The notes under the pieces: generated by a model
What the model was told of the DNA's origin: nothing
Seen by the model: the letters and a program-made list of their open reading frames with translations, nothing else
Database searches by the model: none
Made by a program: the position numbers and the translations under genes
Assembly (NCBI GenBank): GCA_030606265.1
Contig: JAUWGT010000001.1
Coordinates: forward strand, 1-49,405
Direction of reading: 5' to 3'
Length of the DNA: 49,405 bases
DNA from: Candidatus Stahliibacteriota bacterium
GTDB taxonomy: Bacteria; Hydrothermota; Tepidihabitantia; SM23-42
Shown here: positions 8,701 to 16,218 of the stretch, piece after piece
How positions within the stretch are numbered: position 1 is the first letter of the stretch
Layout of the letters: every line of letters starts with the position of its first letter

Positions 8701-10666
8701 TCTTATTTTGGGAAAGAAAGAGCATGCTGACAAAATGCTTCTTAAAGAACTTAATACGAAAGAAATAGATGCGATGGATATTCGTGTAAGGATTGAATTC
8801 TTTTTAAAGACATCGCAATTTCATTATGAAAATGGAAATTTCGAGAAATCCATAGATTACTCAAAAAGAGTAATTGGATTGACAAACTCCCTGAGTAGGG
8901 AATATGCTATGGCGAGTGCTTTTGTAAAAATAGACCAATTCAATCTCAAGAAAATAAAGAATCTTGATATAGAAAAACAAACAACAAGATTAAAACAAAT
9001 GGGCTGCATTTACGACTATGCTTATCTTAAGAAACTGGAGATTGAATCAAAAATCGCCAGAGGGTTAGCACCAAAACAAATAAAGGAAATCGCCCACGAG
9101 TTAAATAAGGTGCAAGAAATCTTCGCCTCGCTTGGTGCTAATCTGGAACTCAATCGGGTCAGAAAGATTCAGGAAAAACTCTTTCCAATTGTTATTAAGG
9201 ACTACTCCCGAAGAGTGATATCTACAGAATATCTCAAGACCTTTTCAGAACTCGCCGAACTTATCAGTACCAAACTTGGTGATAAAGATTTTATCCAGAA
9301 TACACTCGATTTGATAATTCAAGCGACCAATGCTGAACGCGGTGCACTTTTTATCAATACTTCTGATGATATGGAGTTTGTTGCGGGCCGGAATATCGAT
9401 CGCACCACGATCAAAGATGCTGGGGAATTATCGAAAACCGCGATCAAAAAGATGTCACAGAATAGAATTATCTTTACTGAAGACGCCATATCTGATCCAC
9501 AATTCAATATCAAGAAAAGCGTAATACTCAACCAGATTCGTTCTTTACTGTGCATCCCTTTATCTGTATCTAATAAGGTTATTGGAGCAATATACCTTGA
9601 CTCAAGGCTTTTCAGCGACATATTTGGTCCTCAGGACAAAGACTTCTTAATCACGATTGCCAAAATACTTGGTTCAGTAATTGAAAAATCCCTGGCATTC
9701 CGCGCCCTGACTGAAGAGAACATTCTATTAAAGACCAAGATGATCCAGGAAATCGGTGCAGGTTATATTATCGGCAAGTCCGATCCTATGAAAAAGGTCT
9801 ATGAACTGATCGAGAGTGTTAGCCAGACTAATTCGCCAGTAGTCATACTTGGCGAAACTGGTACAGGTAAAGGCATGCTTGCCCGTCTTATTCACTTGAA
9901 AAGTAAACGACAGAATAGAAGATTTCTTACGATAAATTGTGGAACAATCCCTGAAACTCTCTTAGAATCAGAGCTCTTTGGTCATAAAAAAGGTGCATTT
10001 ACCGGTGCGGTAAACGACAAAACAGGATTATTAGAAGAAGGTGAAGCTGGAACTGTCTTCTTAGATGAGATCACAAATACCAGTGTTTCATTCCAGGCAA
10101 AACTCCTTGAGGCGATAGAAGACAAGATAATCCGCCGGGTCGGCGAGACACAAACCCGAAAAATCAATGTCAGATTCTTCTTTGCTACAAATCGAGACCT
10201 GGAGATTGAGATAGAAGAAAATAGATTTAGAAAAGACCTATTTTATCGTATTAATGTATTCAGTATTGAGGTACCGCCTTTAAGAGAACGGATATGTGAT
10301 ATCCCGGAGTTAGCGCAATTCTTCATGGAAAAATATAGCAAAGAGATAAACAAACCCTTAAAGGGGTTTACATTGGATGCTATGCAGAGATTAAAGGTAT
10401 ATCTCTGGCCTGGCAATGTACGGGAGCTTCAGAATATTATAGAAAGAGCTGTTATCCTGGCAAAGGATCAGTTGATTACAGTTTACGATCTGGGTTTTGA
10501 AAAATTAAAAGGAGCTGAGATTATGTCTTTGAAAGACATTAGAAAAGAAGCAATAATCGAGGCATTGAACGCAACCGGCTGGAATATAAAAAAAACAGCA
10601 GAATTGCTGATGATCGGGAGGACGAGCATTTACAGATATATGGAGATGTATGATATCACAAAGTAG
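5750..10666 (+). CDS. multidomain regulator: Ser/Thr protein kinase, STAND/AAA_16 P-loop NTPase, TPR array, GAF, sigma-54 interaction AAA+ domain, Fis-type HTH
   Basis: 1638 aa.
- Kinase: K39 in VLKIARK, HSDLKPEH, DFG, APE (aa 11-250).
- P-loop GDTGTGKT (aa 289-296) with Walker B VIIVDDLD.
- Long TPR-like helical repeats (about aa 600-1000).
- GAF-like block (...ERGALFINTSDDMEFVAGRN...IGAIYLDSRL).
- bEBP core GETGTGKGMLARLIH, ESELFGH, and GAFTGA at nt 9992-10009.
- C-terminal HTH TAELLMIGRTSIYRYM. Confidence 0.9.
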   Translation: MLSKGKRIHKYRVVGKLGESNYATIYKVTSGTRKNLVLKIARKKTHEHNDLIEREYQILSQFKHPNIVPVYDYDVTDNGKAYFTLEYVSGKPINKCFNDFSDDFIGAVIQVINGLGAFHNREFIHSDLKPEHILYDQKEKKAVLIDFGFAQARLAQTDTKPQNIELAGTIDYMAPEVIKGIGIDQRSDIYSLGVIIYETLAGKKPKDPFVPIQQVPEEINNMLARLVSNEPIIRPTIPELYQILVKYLKSIKIEVPSYEVHLPNTGFVEMPEIIDELLTTAGKVIVINGDTGTGKTRLLQEIKSRYLSRDFSVLFHAAQGLTNFLESLEGFVSSKKIAFLNKEDLSADDQARKFQVFEELNDLLIAFAEQKKTVIIVDDLDCLSDYQLGLFRYIGYGIHGSSILIIGASKTDSRIKNLGFDIIKLKPFTLDQIQELLEKTFFKFEIERKSTVPKDRRFTKWLLKQSGGTPLFIVEILKNLHKNKVVYYKANKWLVQMDVLGKTKIPSRIEDLLEKQLKNLEKEELTILKILALAQYALEPGIISSVLKTKSEIAIERLKNLGLLKENIVNNRRVVFVANKIFVLIIARLIERSEEQRLCNTLIKVLETTPEHENYVSVLAELSDKVGHAEKAYKYSRKSADNAEKIYDYDSTVKYYEKMTEYVQLIHSVEYPRILIKIAKISQKTGDNKTALQYYNKVLKLGDKTLRSEIYSGLGRVYSGMGKHTKAIKNLRKAMNLMKEKETLDYIAAANRLVYSLLCSSNFKEAKSILDQSLVLSKRINNVEMMADTFYYKAVYEWFKGDFNKGIEKAKQYLEFAQKHKLLASYAYAANLLGSLYKQKNDLEQAQRYIGEAIDCFSEMKLINALSSALSHQALFQLEYGNLSMATKSFKDVLIQAQQIDNRTTQYVSLSNLGSISNDSGEFNKAIEFYEKSLKIEPDDELSRYELSMIYYRKGEIDKAKSQLEKLTMKTQYPLYYIGLALINLILGKKEHADKMLLKELNTKEIDAMDIRVRIEFFLKTSQFHYENGNFEKSIDYSKRVIGLTNSLSREYAMASAFVKIDQFNLKKIKNLDIEKQTTRLKQMGCIYDYAYLKKLEIESKIARGLAPKQIKEIAHELNKVQEIFASLGANLELNRVRKIQEKLFPIVIKDYSRRVISTEYLKTFSELAELISTKLGDKDFIQNTLDLIIQATNAERGALFINTSDDMEFVAGRNIDRTTIKDAGELSKTAIKKMSQNRIIFTEDAISDPQFNIKKSVILNQIRSLLCIPLSVSNKVIGAIYLDSRLFSDIFGPQDKDFLITIAKILGSVIEKSLAFRALTEENILLKTKMIQEIGAGYIIGKSDPMKKVYELIESVSQTNSPVVILGETGTGKGMLARLIHLKSKRQNRRFLTINCGTIPETLLESELFGHKKGAFTGAVNDKTGLLEEGEAGTVFLDEITNTSVSFQAKLLEAIEDKIIRRVGETQTRKINVRFFFATNRDLEIEIEENRFRKDLFYRINVFSIEVPPLRERICDIPELAQFFMEKYSKEINKPLKGFTLDAMQRLKVYLWPGNVRELQNIIERAVILAKDQLITVYDLGFEKLKGAEIMSLKDIRKEAIIEALNATGWNIKKTAELLMIGRTSIYRYMEMYDITK

Positions 10667-10690
10667 ACTTGCATAATAGCACACAGCAAC

Positions 10691-10707
10691 TGTGCCATTT
10701 TGACACA
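10691..10707. promoter_or_regulatory. candidate enhancer (UAS) palindrome 1
   Basis: TGTGCCA-TTT-TGACACA. Confidence 0.55.
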
Positions 10708-10761
10708 CAGTCCATAGAATAAGCACTTAATTTCCAAGGCTTTACAAACTCCTCGTTCATA

Positions 10762-10778
10762 TGTGTCATTTTGACACA
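10762..10778. promoter_or_regulatory. candidate enhancer (UAS) palindrome 2
   Basis: TGTGTCA-TTT-TGACACA, a perfect palindrome 71 bp from site 1. Confidence 0.6.
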
Positions 10779-10832
10779 TAGACAAATCTGTAAGTGCCTT
10801 ACAGATAAGCATTTCCCAATCGGGTTTAGAAG

Positions 10833-10849
10833 TGTATCATTTTGATACA
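10833..10849. promoter_or_regulatory. candidate enhancer (UAS) palindrome 3
   Basis: TGTATCA-TTT-TGATACA, 71 bp from site 2 and 80 bp upstream of the -24 element. Confidence 0.55.
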
Positions 10850-10912
10850 CTTTCAGGAATTCTTTTCACTCCAACCTACGCGAATTTCCTTAAATCACAA
10901 GATTTTTCTTTC

Positions 10913-10928
10913 TGGCATATATTTTGCT
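10913..10928 (+). promoter_or_regulatory. sigma-54 (-24/-12) promoter 1
   Basis: TGGCATatattTTGCT. GG and GC have the canonical spacing of TGGCAC-N5-TTGC. It sits 27 nt upstream of the ATG at 10955, which is preceded by AAAGGAGA. Confidence 0.75.
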
Positions 10929-10954
10929 TATAAATAAACTGAAAGGAGAATAAC

Positions 10955-11158
10955 ATGAAGAAATTTTTCGCCTATGTTGTAATAAGCTTGCTCTTTGTGA
11001 GCATGTTTGGAATCGCCATCCAGAGTGTCAGTAATAATATAAAAGACGATGCTCCAGTAATCAGCAGTGCCCTTGATTTTATTAGCCCGGCAGTCGCATA
11101 TGCTGATACCGATACGGTCTTTGTGCCTCGTCCTCCTCCACCGCCACCAATTGATTAG
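10955..11158 (+). CDS. small signal-peptide protein (67 aa) with a C-terminal polyproline tail
   Basis: Strong SD (aaaggaga). MKKFFAYVVISLLFVSMFGIAIQS leader, acidic middle, and C-terminus VPRPPPPPPID. First gene behind sigma-54 promoter 1. No recognisable family. Confidence 0.5.
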   Translation: MKKFFAYVVISLLFVSMFGIAIQSVSNNIKDDAPVISSALDFISPAVAYADTDTVFVPRPPPPPPID

Positions 11159-11173
11159 AACGGAGTATAAAAC

Positions 11174-11368
11174 ATGAAAATATTGCATCTCTATGAAATC
11201 AAAATGGTTGACGGCACCAGGTATCAGGGTGAGATTGCATGCCGGGATAATAAGATGGTCGTGCTCAAGCTAAAACATCATCCAGTTGAGCAGAAACTCC
11301 GTCTCTATTACAATGGAATACTCTCAATCCGAGAACTGGGTTGGCAAAGAGCCTATGCACTGAAATAG
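11174..11368 (+). CDS. small conserved hypothetical protein (64 aa), paralog 1; possible Sm-like beta-barrel fold
   Basis: GGAG 8 nt upstream. 36/64 residues are identical to the 11618-11812 product, with shared blocks DGTRYQGEIA, VVL, KLRLY and GILSIRELGW. Confidence 0.65.
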   Translation: MKILHLYEIKMVDGTRYQGEIACRDNKMVVLKLKHHPVEQKLRLYYNGILSIRELGWQRAYALK

Positions 11369-11418
11369 AACAACGATTACGTTGAATTAGTGCTGTTAAC
11401 CAGGAATTACTGGCTGAG

Positions 11419-11435
11419 TGTGCCAAAATGGTACA
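11419..11435. promoter_or_regulatory. candidate enhancer (UAS) palindrome 4
   Basis: TGTGCCA-AAA-TGGTACA. Confidence 0.5.
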
Positions 11436-11491
11436 CTCAGGATTACAGTAAACGTAGTATTTGCAGGCGTTTGCACAAAGCTGCCTGAAAG

Positions 11492-11508
11492 TGTGTCATT
11501 TTGACACA
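11492..11508. promoter_or_regulatory. candidate enhancer (UAS) palindrome 5
   Basis: TGTGTCA-TTT-TGACACA, a perfect palindrome 73 bp from site 4 and 80 bp upstream of the -24 element (same spacing as site 3 to promoter 1). Confidence 0.6.
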
Positions 11509-11571
11509 CTTTCAGACGCGACTTCCACTCCAGTGTACATGAATTACCCTAAATCACAAGACTTCTCATTC

Positions 11572-11587
11572 TGGCACAGATTTTGCT
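11572..11587 (+). promoter_or_regulatory. sigma-54 (-24/-12) promoter 2
   Basis: TGGCACagattTTGCT, an exact consensus core. The ATG at 11618 is preceded by AAAGGAG. Confidence 0.8.
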
Positions 11588-11617
11588 CATTAATATGCCA
11601 TATAAGAAAGGAGTAAT

Positions 11618-11812
11618 ATGAAACCTGCACAGACTTACGAAGTCAAAATGCTCGACGGCACGAGATATCAGGGCGAAATTGCCTACCAAGATGAGGAAGT
11701 AGTAGTACTCAACATGCTAAGTAATCCAACAAGTCATAAACTGCGTCTGTACAATCACGGTATTCTATCGATCCGCGAATTAGGCTGGAAAAAAGGCCAC
11801 TTATCAGATTGA
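11618..11812 (+). CDS. small conserved hypothetical protein (64 aa), paralog 2; possible Sm-like beta-barrel fold
   Basis: See 11174-11368. It sits directly behind sigma-54 promoter 2. Confidence 0.65.
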   Translation: MKPAQTYEVKMLDGTRYQGEIAYQDEEVVVLNMLSNPTSHKLRLYNHGILSIRELGWKKGHLSD

Positions 11813-11846
11813 TCATCTTGGTTCAGATCAGTTGGTCCTTTAAGCA

Positions 11847-13070
11847 TTGATCAACTTAACTGATCATCTTACAGATAAAAGCATGTACATATATCTAATG
11901 TCAATCACTGTAGTATTGTTAAGCGCAGCAGTAATATTCAAATTAGCATCAGATGCCCGGCAAAACAAGCAACAGCTGATTATCTTACATGATATGGACC
12001 GCTCCATACTCTCTGGACTGAGCCATAGGGGTGTCATGAATGCAGTCGTCGACAAACTTATGTCTTTGCTCAAAGTTGATGCTGCTGCAATTCTTACTAT
12101 GAACAAGTACTATGGTTTCAAAGAAATTTTTTCAAATAACCTCGGTAGTAATTTCAGAAAAAACATCAAGTTAGAGGACAACGGCTTCTTCACTTCGGTA
12201 ATCGCTAATAGAAAACCTCTGATAATCTCAAAGATATCTAAAGATGAAGATGAGGGGTTCATCGGAACGATTAGAAACGAAGGTTTCATGGCTTACATGA
12301 GCACACCGATTATAGCAAAAGGTGGCATACCAACCGGCGTTTTAATGCTCTACTCAAGAAAACCAAGGAATTACACGAAGCAAGAGTTGAATCTTATTGA
12401 AGCAATAAACAGTCGGATAGGTATGGTGCTTGATCGCGCCTGGCTTATTGAAAGAATACAGGAGATCAATTTTGAATCAGTGCGTGCGCTTGTCGGAGCA
12501 ATTGAACTAAGAGACCCGTATACCATAGGACATTCTATCCAGGTCGCAGATCTATCACTCCTCATTGGCCGTGAATTAGAGTTTTCTGAAAGGAATCTCA
12601 ATTTAATCGAATTCGCAGGATTGCTCCACGATATCGGTAAAATCGTCGTACCCGAGGCTATCCTGCAGAAGAATGGCAAGTTAACAAAGGAAGAATGGAA
12701 GATCATCAAAATGCACGCGATCCACAGTGCGAAGATAATCGAACCAGTAGCAAATCTAAAGACAGTGCGGACCTGGGTATTATACCACCATGAAAAATGG
12801 GATGGTTCAGGTTATCCAGAAGGCAGGAAAGCTGAACAAATCCCTTTGCAGTCCAGGATACTTGCGGTCTGCGATGCGTATTCAGCGATGACCGGTAATC
12901 GACCTTATCGTAATGCACTCAGTGAAGAAGAAGCCAGAGATGAAATAACCCGTGTTGCCGGAAAACAACTGGACCCAAACATCGTTGACATATTCTTGTC
13001 ACTCAGTACGACTGGTTCTAGAATAAAAAAGAATTCAAGGAGGGACAAAAAGATCGTAGATATAAACTAA
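11847..13070 (+). CDS. membrane-anchored GAF-domain HD-GYP phosphohydrolase (probable c-di-GMP phosphodiesterase)
   Basis: 407 aa from the track's TTG. The ATG at 11883 (MYIYLMSITVVLLSAAVIF, a TM helix) is an equally plausible start. Central GAF-like region, then HD-GYP motifs HSIQVA, LLHDIGK and HHEKWDGSGYPEG. It lies 35-70 nt after the preceding small gene with no intervening terminator. Confidence 0.85.
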   Translation: MINLTDHLTDKSMYIYLMSITVVLLSAAVIFKLASDARQNKQQLIILHDMDRSILSGLSHRGVMNAVVDKLMSLLKVDAAAILTMNKYYGFKEIFSNNLGSNFRKNIKLEDNGFFTSVIANRKPLIISKISKDEDEGFIGTIRNEGFMAYMSTPIIAKGGIPTGVLMLYSRKPRNYTKQELNLIEAINSRIGMVLDRAWLIERIQEINFESVRALVGAIELRDPYTIGHSIQVADLSLLIGRELEFSERNLNLIEFAGLLHDIGKIVVPEAILQKNGKLTKEEWKIIKMHAIHSAKIIEPVANLKTVRTWVLYHHEKWDGSGYPEGRKAEQIPLQSRILAVCDAYSAMTGNRPYRNALSEEEARDEITRVAGKQLDPNIVDIFLSLSTTGSRIKKNSRRDKKIVDIN

Positions 13071-13100
13071 GGCACTCATACCTTCTCATATCGAACCTAC

Positions 13101-13139
13101 AGGAAGCCGGCTATTATATCCGGCTTCCTGTTCTTTTTA
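13101..13139. terminator. hairpin terminator between convergent genes (HD-GYP gene and addA)
   Basis: aggaagccgg / ccggcttcct 10-bp stem with a 9-nt loop, followed by gttcttttt on the plus strand. Confidence 0.7.
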
Positions 13140-13149
13140 TGATCACGGA

Positions 13150-16100
13150 TCACAATCTGGCTATTTTCTTGCCCCGAACCTTATCCAGATAGACCAGCAT
13201 TATTTCAATACATCTTCCCGGATAAATCTTTTCTATCCCCTTCTTGTAAATCCTCAGTTGTTGTTGGTGCTTAACCTCCTCCTCACCGGTTTTGTAGTCA
13301 ACTATAGTAATATGCCTGGCACCAACAATCAATCGGTCAATTTGACCTGACACATCTCTGTTTTTGTCTTCAAAATAAATGGGAACCTCGTTTTTACATA
13401 CCACATCACGCCCGTCTTTGAAAAACAGGGATCGCAAATCCGGATCAGTTAAAGTCTCCACCAATAACGGGGTAAGTCTCTTTTCGATGGATTGCGCATC
13501 GTCAGGTTGGCGTGCATACCTATCCTGGACACTACGCACGACGTTCGTAATCAATACCTGCAATTCGATATTGTCAAGCCATTCTATTTTACTGAGCGCC
13601 TGGTGTATCATCGAACCGAATTCCATACCTTGCCTTCGAGAAACACCGATTATCTCAAGCCCTCGTTCAGTCGGCGAATACAAGGAACGCTCTTCCTTGA
13701 TAAACGGACTTTCCCGTGTAATAGCGCCATACTTTTTGATTTTAGTCACCGCAGGTTTAATTTCTTTCTTCTCGCTTATCTCACCTCTTGAGTAAGTTGA
13801 AGCCCCGACTTTCTCAACGATCCTTTCGAACCAAAACCCCAACCCTCTTTTCCGGTGCTTAAACCCCAATACATGGATCCCGTTTCTTGCCCGCGTCAAA
13901 GCTACGTAAAGCAGATTCAGCTCATCCGTTTGTAAACGATCCTGTTCAGCATCTTTCAAACCTCGTAGATACTTACCATAATTCCGCCAGAATATCCTCT
14001 CAGGTTCAACACCGTTTGCTTTGTATGAAAACAGCAACTTCCTATCTTCATATGTCTTTACAGCCCAATTTGTCTCAGGTAATAGAATGACATCAAATTC
14101 TAACCCCTTGGCCTTATGGATCGTAAGGATCTGTACGCCCTGAGGATGTGCATCCTTCACCTGAATAGTCTTACCGATATCTCCAAGCCAATCAAGAAAA
14201 GAACTCAGGTGACCAAAATCCTCGGTCGTATATTCCAACGCAACATCCAAGAGGGTTGCCAGCGCGTACGTAACGTCTATTTCCAATTCTTCGTATATAC
14301 TATAAATCAATTCATAGGGGTTTGTATAATGCACTAATGCAAGTAACCTCTCCAGTTTCTTTACTGCCGGCCAACCCGGGTGGCTATTACGGAGCATAAG
14401 AAAAAACGTCTTCCCACGATGCATCAAACGCCGCAATACCTCCTCGTCCATAGCAAAAAATGGTGACAAGAGAGCATGGAACAAAGCAAAATCATTTTCC
14501 GGGTCATCAAGAAACTCAAGAAGCTTAACCATGGTCCGTACATCTGTATCGCTCATAATATCACATTTTGATCGGCTTACATGGGGTATGCCTGTCCGGG
14601 TAAGACCTTCGGCAAGAGCCACACCGAATTTATTGGTGCGTACAAGTACTGCAAGATTAGAGTATTCATAACCCGGATTATCATGAAGTTCCTTGATAAT
14701 CGAACATGTCCGTTCAATTATCTCTTGCCGTCCTTGTTCCATATCAGTGTATCCCCCGATTTCTTCAACCCTCACCCAGCCACCAGTATTTCCTGGTTCT
14801 ACCTTGTCTTCTTTATCAAGTACAAGGTTTACAAAATCGATAACCTCTGCCTTGCTGCGATGATTTGTTGTTAATTCCTCGCGTTTGATCCTGCCTGGGT
14901 ATTTATCGATCAATACGTCAAACAGTTCTGATGCGCCACCGCGCCACCGAAATATCGCTTGTTTTGGATCACCCACATAGAAAAGACTCTTTTCATCAGG
15001 ATCAAGTGATACGATCTCACTGATCAAGGGAACGATTATTTCGAGCTGGCGATAGCTCGTATCCTGGAATTCATCAATCATTAAATGGCTTATTTCTGCA
15101 CCGATCTTGAAGTATAGATACTCTATATCCGCACTGATTTCCAGAGCGCGCATAGTTAGAGATTCGATATCATCAAAACTAACCAAATTCCGCGTTCGCT
15201 TCTCCTCCTTGAATAAATTATGGATTTCCAGCAGGGGTTTCAAATAAATCACGATCTGCTGATCAGAAAGGGATCGCAAGTAATCATCCGTGCATGAAAA
15301 CAATGTATTCAATAGTTTATCGAGATCGCTTTTTTCCATCTCCAAATTATCAGCAAACTTCACAAAATAATTTTTCCCATCCAGGTCGCAACGCAAAATG
15401 GATTTTGTGTACTCAGACTTTTCCAATACTCCGAAATCCCTCGTCTCAAGATACTGATCAACCATCACACAGAGCCTAAGCAGGTCTTTATTCAAATGCG
15501 CACCATCCTTAGTAAACCCGGCATCCCCATGTTCACGGATGAACAAAGCAAGTTGTCTCAAAGAGCGGGCAAACTCGTTTCCTTTCACCGCGACCCTGGT
15601 CCTGATATCTTGCTCGCCTTTCATCAATTCACCGAGGAAATCCAGCCATGGAATTATGCTCCAGTAGATCGACTCTATACTTGCCTTCACTCTGGTCTCT
15701 TGCGCTTGAACAAAATCCTGTATTATCTTCAACCGCGCTTCACTATGACCACTCCCCTCAAAGAATTTGTCCAGAACTGATTCATAGATAACTAATTTAT
15801 AGGCATCGTCGATTATTCTGTAGCCGGGCAAAATACCGGCTGCAAATGGAATGCTCGAGAGGAAAGAAGCAAACAGACTGTGGAATGTGTAAATATTGAA
15901 TTCTGAAAGGTTATCGAGCAAATATCTTTTTTTGCATTTTGCTCGTTCTTTTACATTTGAGAAATGTTTGTTAAAGTACTCGATTATTTCCATTTTTGAT
16001 TTGTCATCTGAAGTTCCGTTAATAAGTAGCTCAAGGTACTCTAAAACTCGTGTTTTCATTTCAAATGCCGCTTCATTTGTGAAGGTGATGCCATATAAGG

Positions 16101-16218
16101 ATTTCAGCGGGTAATCTGCCTCGTGTAGAAAAAGATAGAGAAAACGCTTTGTCAAAGCGCGCGTCTTACCGGCTCCAGCCGACGACATCAAAGCAGTGTG
16201 TTCTATCTTCTCAGGCAC
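13150..16218 (-). CDS. addA: UvrD/Rep-family helicase with C-terminal RecB-type PD-(D/E)XK nuclease (AddA/RexA-like)
   Basis: 1022 aa. Walker A SAGAGKT, motif II MIDEFQDTS, and C-terminal nuclease motif GQIDRLIV...IVDYKTG. Confidence 0.85.
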   Translation of the reverse strand: MPEKIEHTALMSSAGAGKTRALTKRFLYLFLHEADYPLKSLYGITFTNEAAFEMKTRVLEYLELLINGTSDDKSKMEIIEYFNKHFSNVKERAKCKKRYLLDNLSEFNIYTFHSLFASFLSSIPFAAGILPGYRIIDDAYKLVIYESVLDKFFEGSGHSEARLKIIQDFVQAQETRVKASIESIYWSIIPWLDFLGELMKGEQDIRTRVAVKGNEFARSLRQLALFIREHGDAGFTKDGAHLNKDLLRLCVMVDQYLETRDFGVLEKSEYTKSILRCDLDGKNYFVKFADNLEMEKSDLDKLLNTLFSCTDDYLRSLSDQQIVIYLKPLLEIHNLFKEEKRTRNLVSFDDIESLTMRALEISADIEYLYFKIGAEISHLMIDEFQDTSYRQLEIIVPLISEIVSLDPDEKSLFYVGDPKQAIFRWRGGASELFDVLIDKYPGRIKREELTTNHRSKAEVIDFVNLVLDKEDKVEPGNTGGWVRVEEIGGYTDMEQGRQEIIERTCSIIKELHDNPGYEYSNLAVLVRTNKFGVALAEGLTRTGIPHVSRSKCDIMSDTDVRTMVKLLEFLDDPENDFALFHALLSPFFAMDEEVLRRLMHRGKTFFLMLRNSHPGWPAVKKLERLLALVHYTNPYELIYSIYEELEIDVTYALATLLDVALEYTTEDFGHLSSFLDWLGDIGKTIQVKDAHPQGVQILTIHKAKGLEFDVILLPETNWAVKTYEDRKLLFSYKANGVEPERIFWRNYGKYLRGLKDAEQDRLQTDELNLLYVALTRARNGIHVLGFKHRKRGLGFWFERIVEKVGASTYSRGEISEKKEIKPAVTKIKKYGAITRESPFIKEERSLYSPTERGLEIIGVSRRQGMEFGSMIHQALSKIEWLDNIELQVLITNVVRSVQDRYARQPDDAQSIEKRLTPLLVETLTDPDLRSLFFKDGRDVVCKNEVPIYFEDKNRDVSGQIDRLIVGARHITIVDYKTGEEEVKHQQQLRIYKKGIEKIYPGRCIEIMLVYLDKVRGKKIARL

